DNA from: Candidatus Woesearchaeota archaeon | Lineage (GTDB): Archaea > Nanobdellota > Nanobdellia > SCGC-AAA011-G17 > GW2011-AR18 | Length of the DNA stretch: 13,314 nucleotides | Assembly: GCA_018302545.1 (NCBI GenBank) | Contig: JAGVZM010000019.1 | Coordinates: 1 to 13,314, forward strand | Reading direction: 5' to 3' | In this document: positions 12,866 through 13,314 of the stretch, piece by piece | Layout of the letters: each line of letters begins with the position of its first letter | Numbering within the stretch: the first letter of the stretch is position 1 | Translations under genes and position numbers: made by a program | The notes under the pieces: generated by a model | Seen by the model: only the letters and a program-made list of their open reading frames with translations | Database searches by the model: none | What the model was told of the DNA's origin: nothing

Positions 12866-13299
12866 TATTTTAACACCTTTATCAAATCTATCATTCTATC
12901 TTCATAATTATATTTTTTATAAAGATTATAAGCGATTTTATTATAAGCCATTACTTCAATTTTGATTACATTACATTTTTCTTTTATTAAATAATCTTCT
13001 ATTTTCTTCATTAAAATATTAGATAATCCTTTACCTCTATATTCTGGGAAGATAACTAATTCTAGGATACGGCCTATTCTTGTTTTTATACAATCTAATT
13101 CTTGATTTTTTGTTGTATTTTTGATATTTCCTGCAACACAGCCTACAAATTTATTTTTATCAAATGCCAAATAAATAATTCCTTTATTTTTATTAACCTC
13201 TTTAAGTAAATTTAAAACATAATTTTTACCATATTCTGGTTTTCTAATCTCTCTTTTTAATGGATCTATTTTTACAAGGTAATCTTGTAGTTCTTCCAT
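12865..13299 (-). CDS. GNAT-family N-acetyltransferase
   Basis: The acetyl-CoA binding motif A (ILELVIFPEYRGKGLSNILMKKIEDY, i.e. R-G-x-G-x-[SA]) is present, and the 144 aa size is typical. Its TAA stop shares one base with the EndoQ ATG (TAATG at 12863-12867). Confidence 0.8.
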   Translation of the reverse strand: MEELQDYLVKIDPLKREIRKPEYGKNYVLNLLKEVNKNKGIIYLAFDKNKFVGCVAGNIKNTTKNQELDCIKTRIGRILELVIFPEYRGKGLSNILMKKIEDYLIKEKCNVIKIEVMAYNKIAYNLYKKYNYEDRMIDLIKVLK

Positions 13300-13314
13300 A
13301 CATTTAATTAAATC

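Noticed and set aside
1-13314. A scan for CRISPR arrays, rRNA or tRNA genes, inteins, long inverted repeats and tandem arrays.
   Set aside because: Nothing was found beyond the 17-bp x2 repeat at 1867-1900. Intergenic space totals only a few hundred nt and is accounted for by promoter-like AT-rich sequence.

Overview
AT-rich, very gene-dense (well over 90% coding by eye) chromosomal segment from an archaeon, probably a small-genome DPANN-type lineage. The lineage call is inferred from divergent, short housekeeping proteins and leaderless promoters and is not verified. I support 20 protein genes. On the left are a truncated APH-like phosphotransferase, a VIT1/CCC1 transporter, a VapBC toxin-antitoxin pair with a tandem 17-bp operator, FtsY with a long Lys/Glu-rich N-terminus, a small FHA protein, TruD, and an ApgM-like protein whose catalytic residues look degenerate. 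In the centre is a plus-strand information-processing string: GINS, L44e, S27e, aIF2-alpha and Nop10. Nop10 is missing from the ORF track and I found it by hand at 8105..8269. On the right are a PAC2 proteasome-chaperone family gene, a NIF3-like gene, and a translationally coupled GNAT and endonuclease Q pair. The best candidate for something undescribed is the minus-strand orphan pair at 8266..9839 (176 aa and 334 aa). It sits between nop10 and the PAC2 gene. The two proteins appear to share a colinear domain of about 110 aa, and the larger adds an aromatic patch, a coiled coil and a basic tail. Its initiation region is also anomalous: a leaderless 8-codon uORF, a G4 run and a non-ATG start. 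Nearly every first gene has a TATA-like octamer 19-23 nt upstream of its start codon, which implies leaderless mRNAs. No rRNA, tRNA, CRISPR array, transposase or integrase is visible. All family calls rest on motif recognition by eye, with no database or HMM search.
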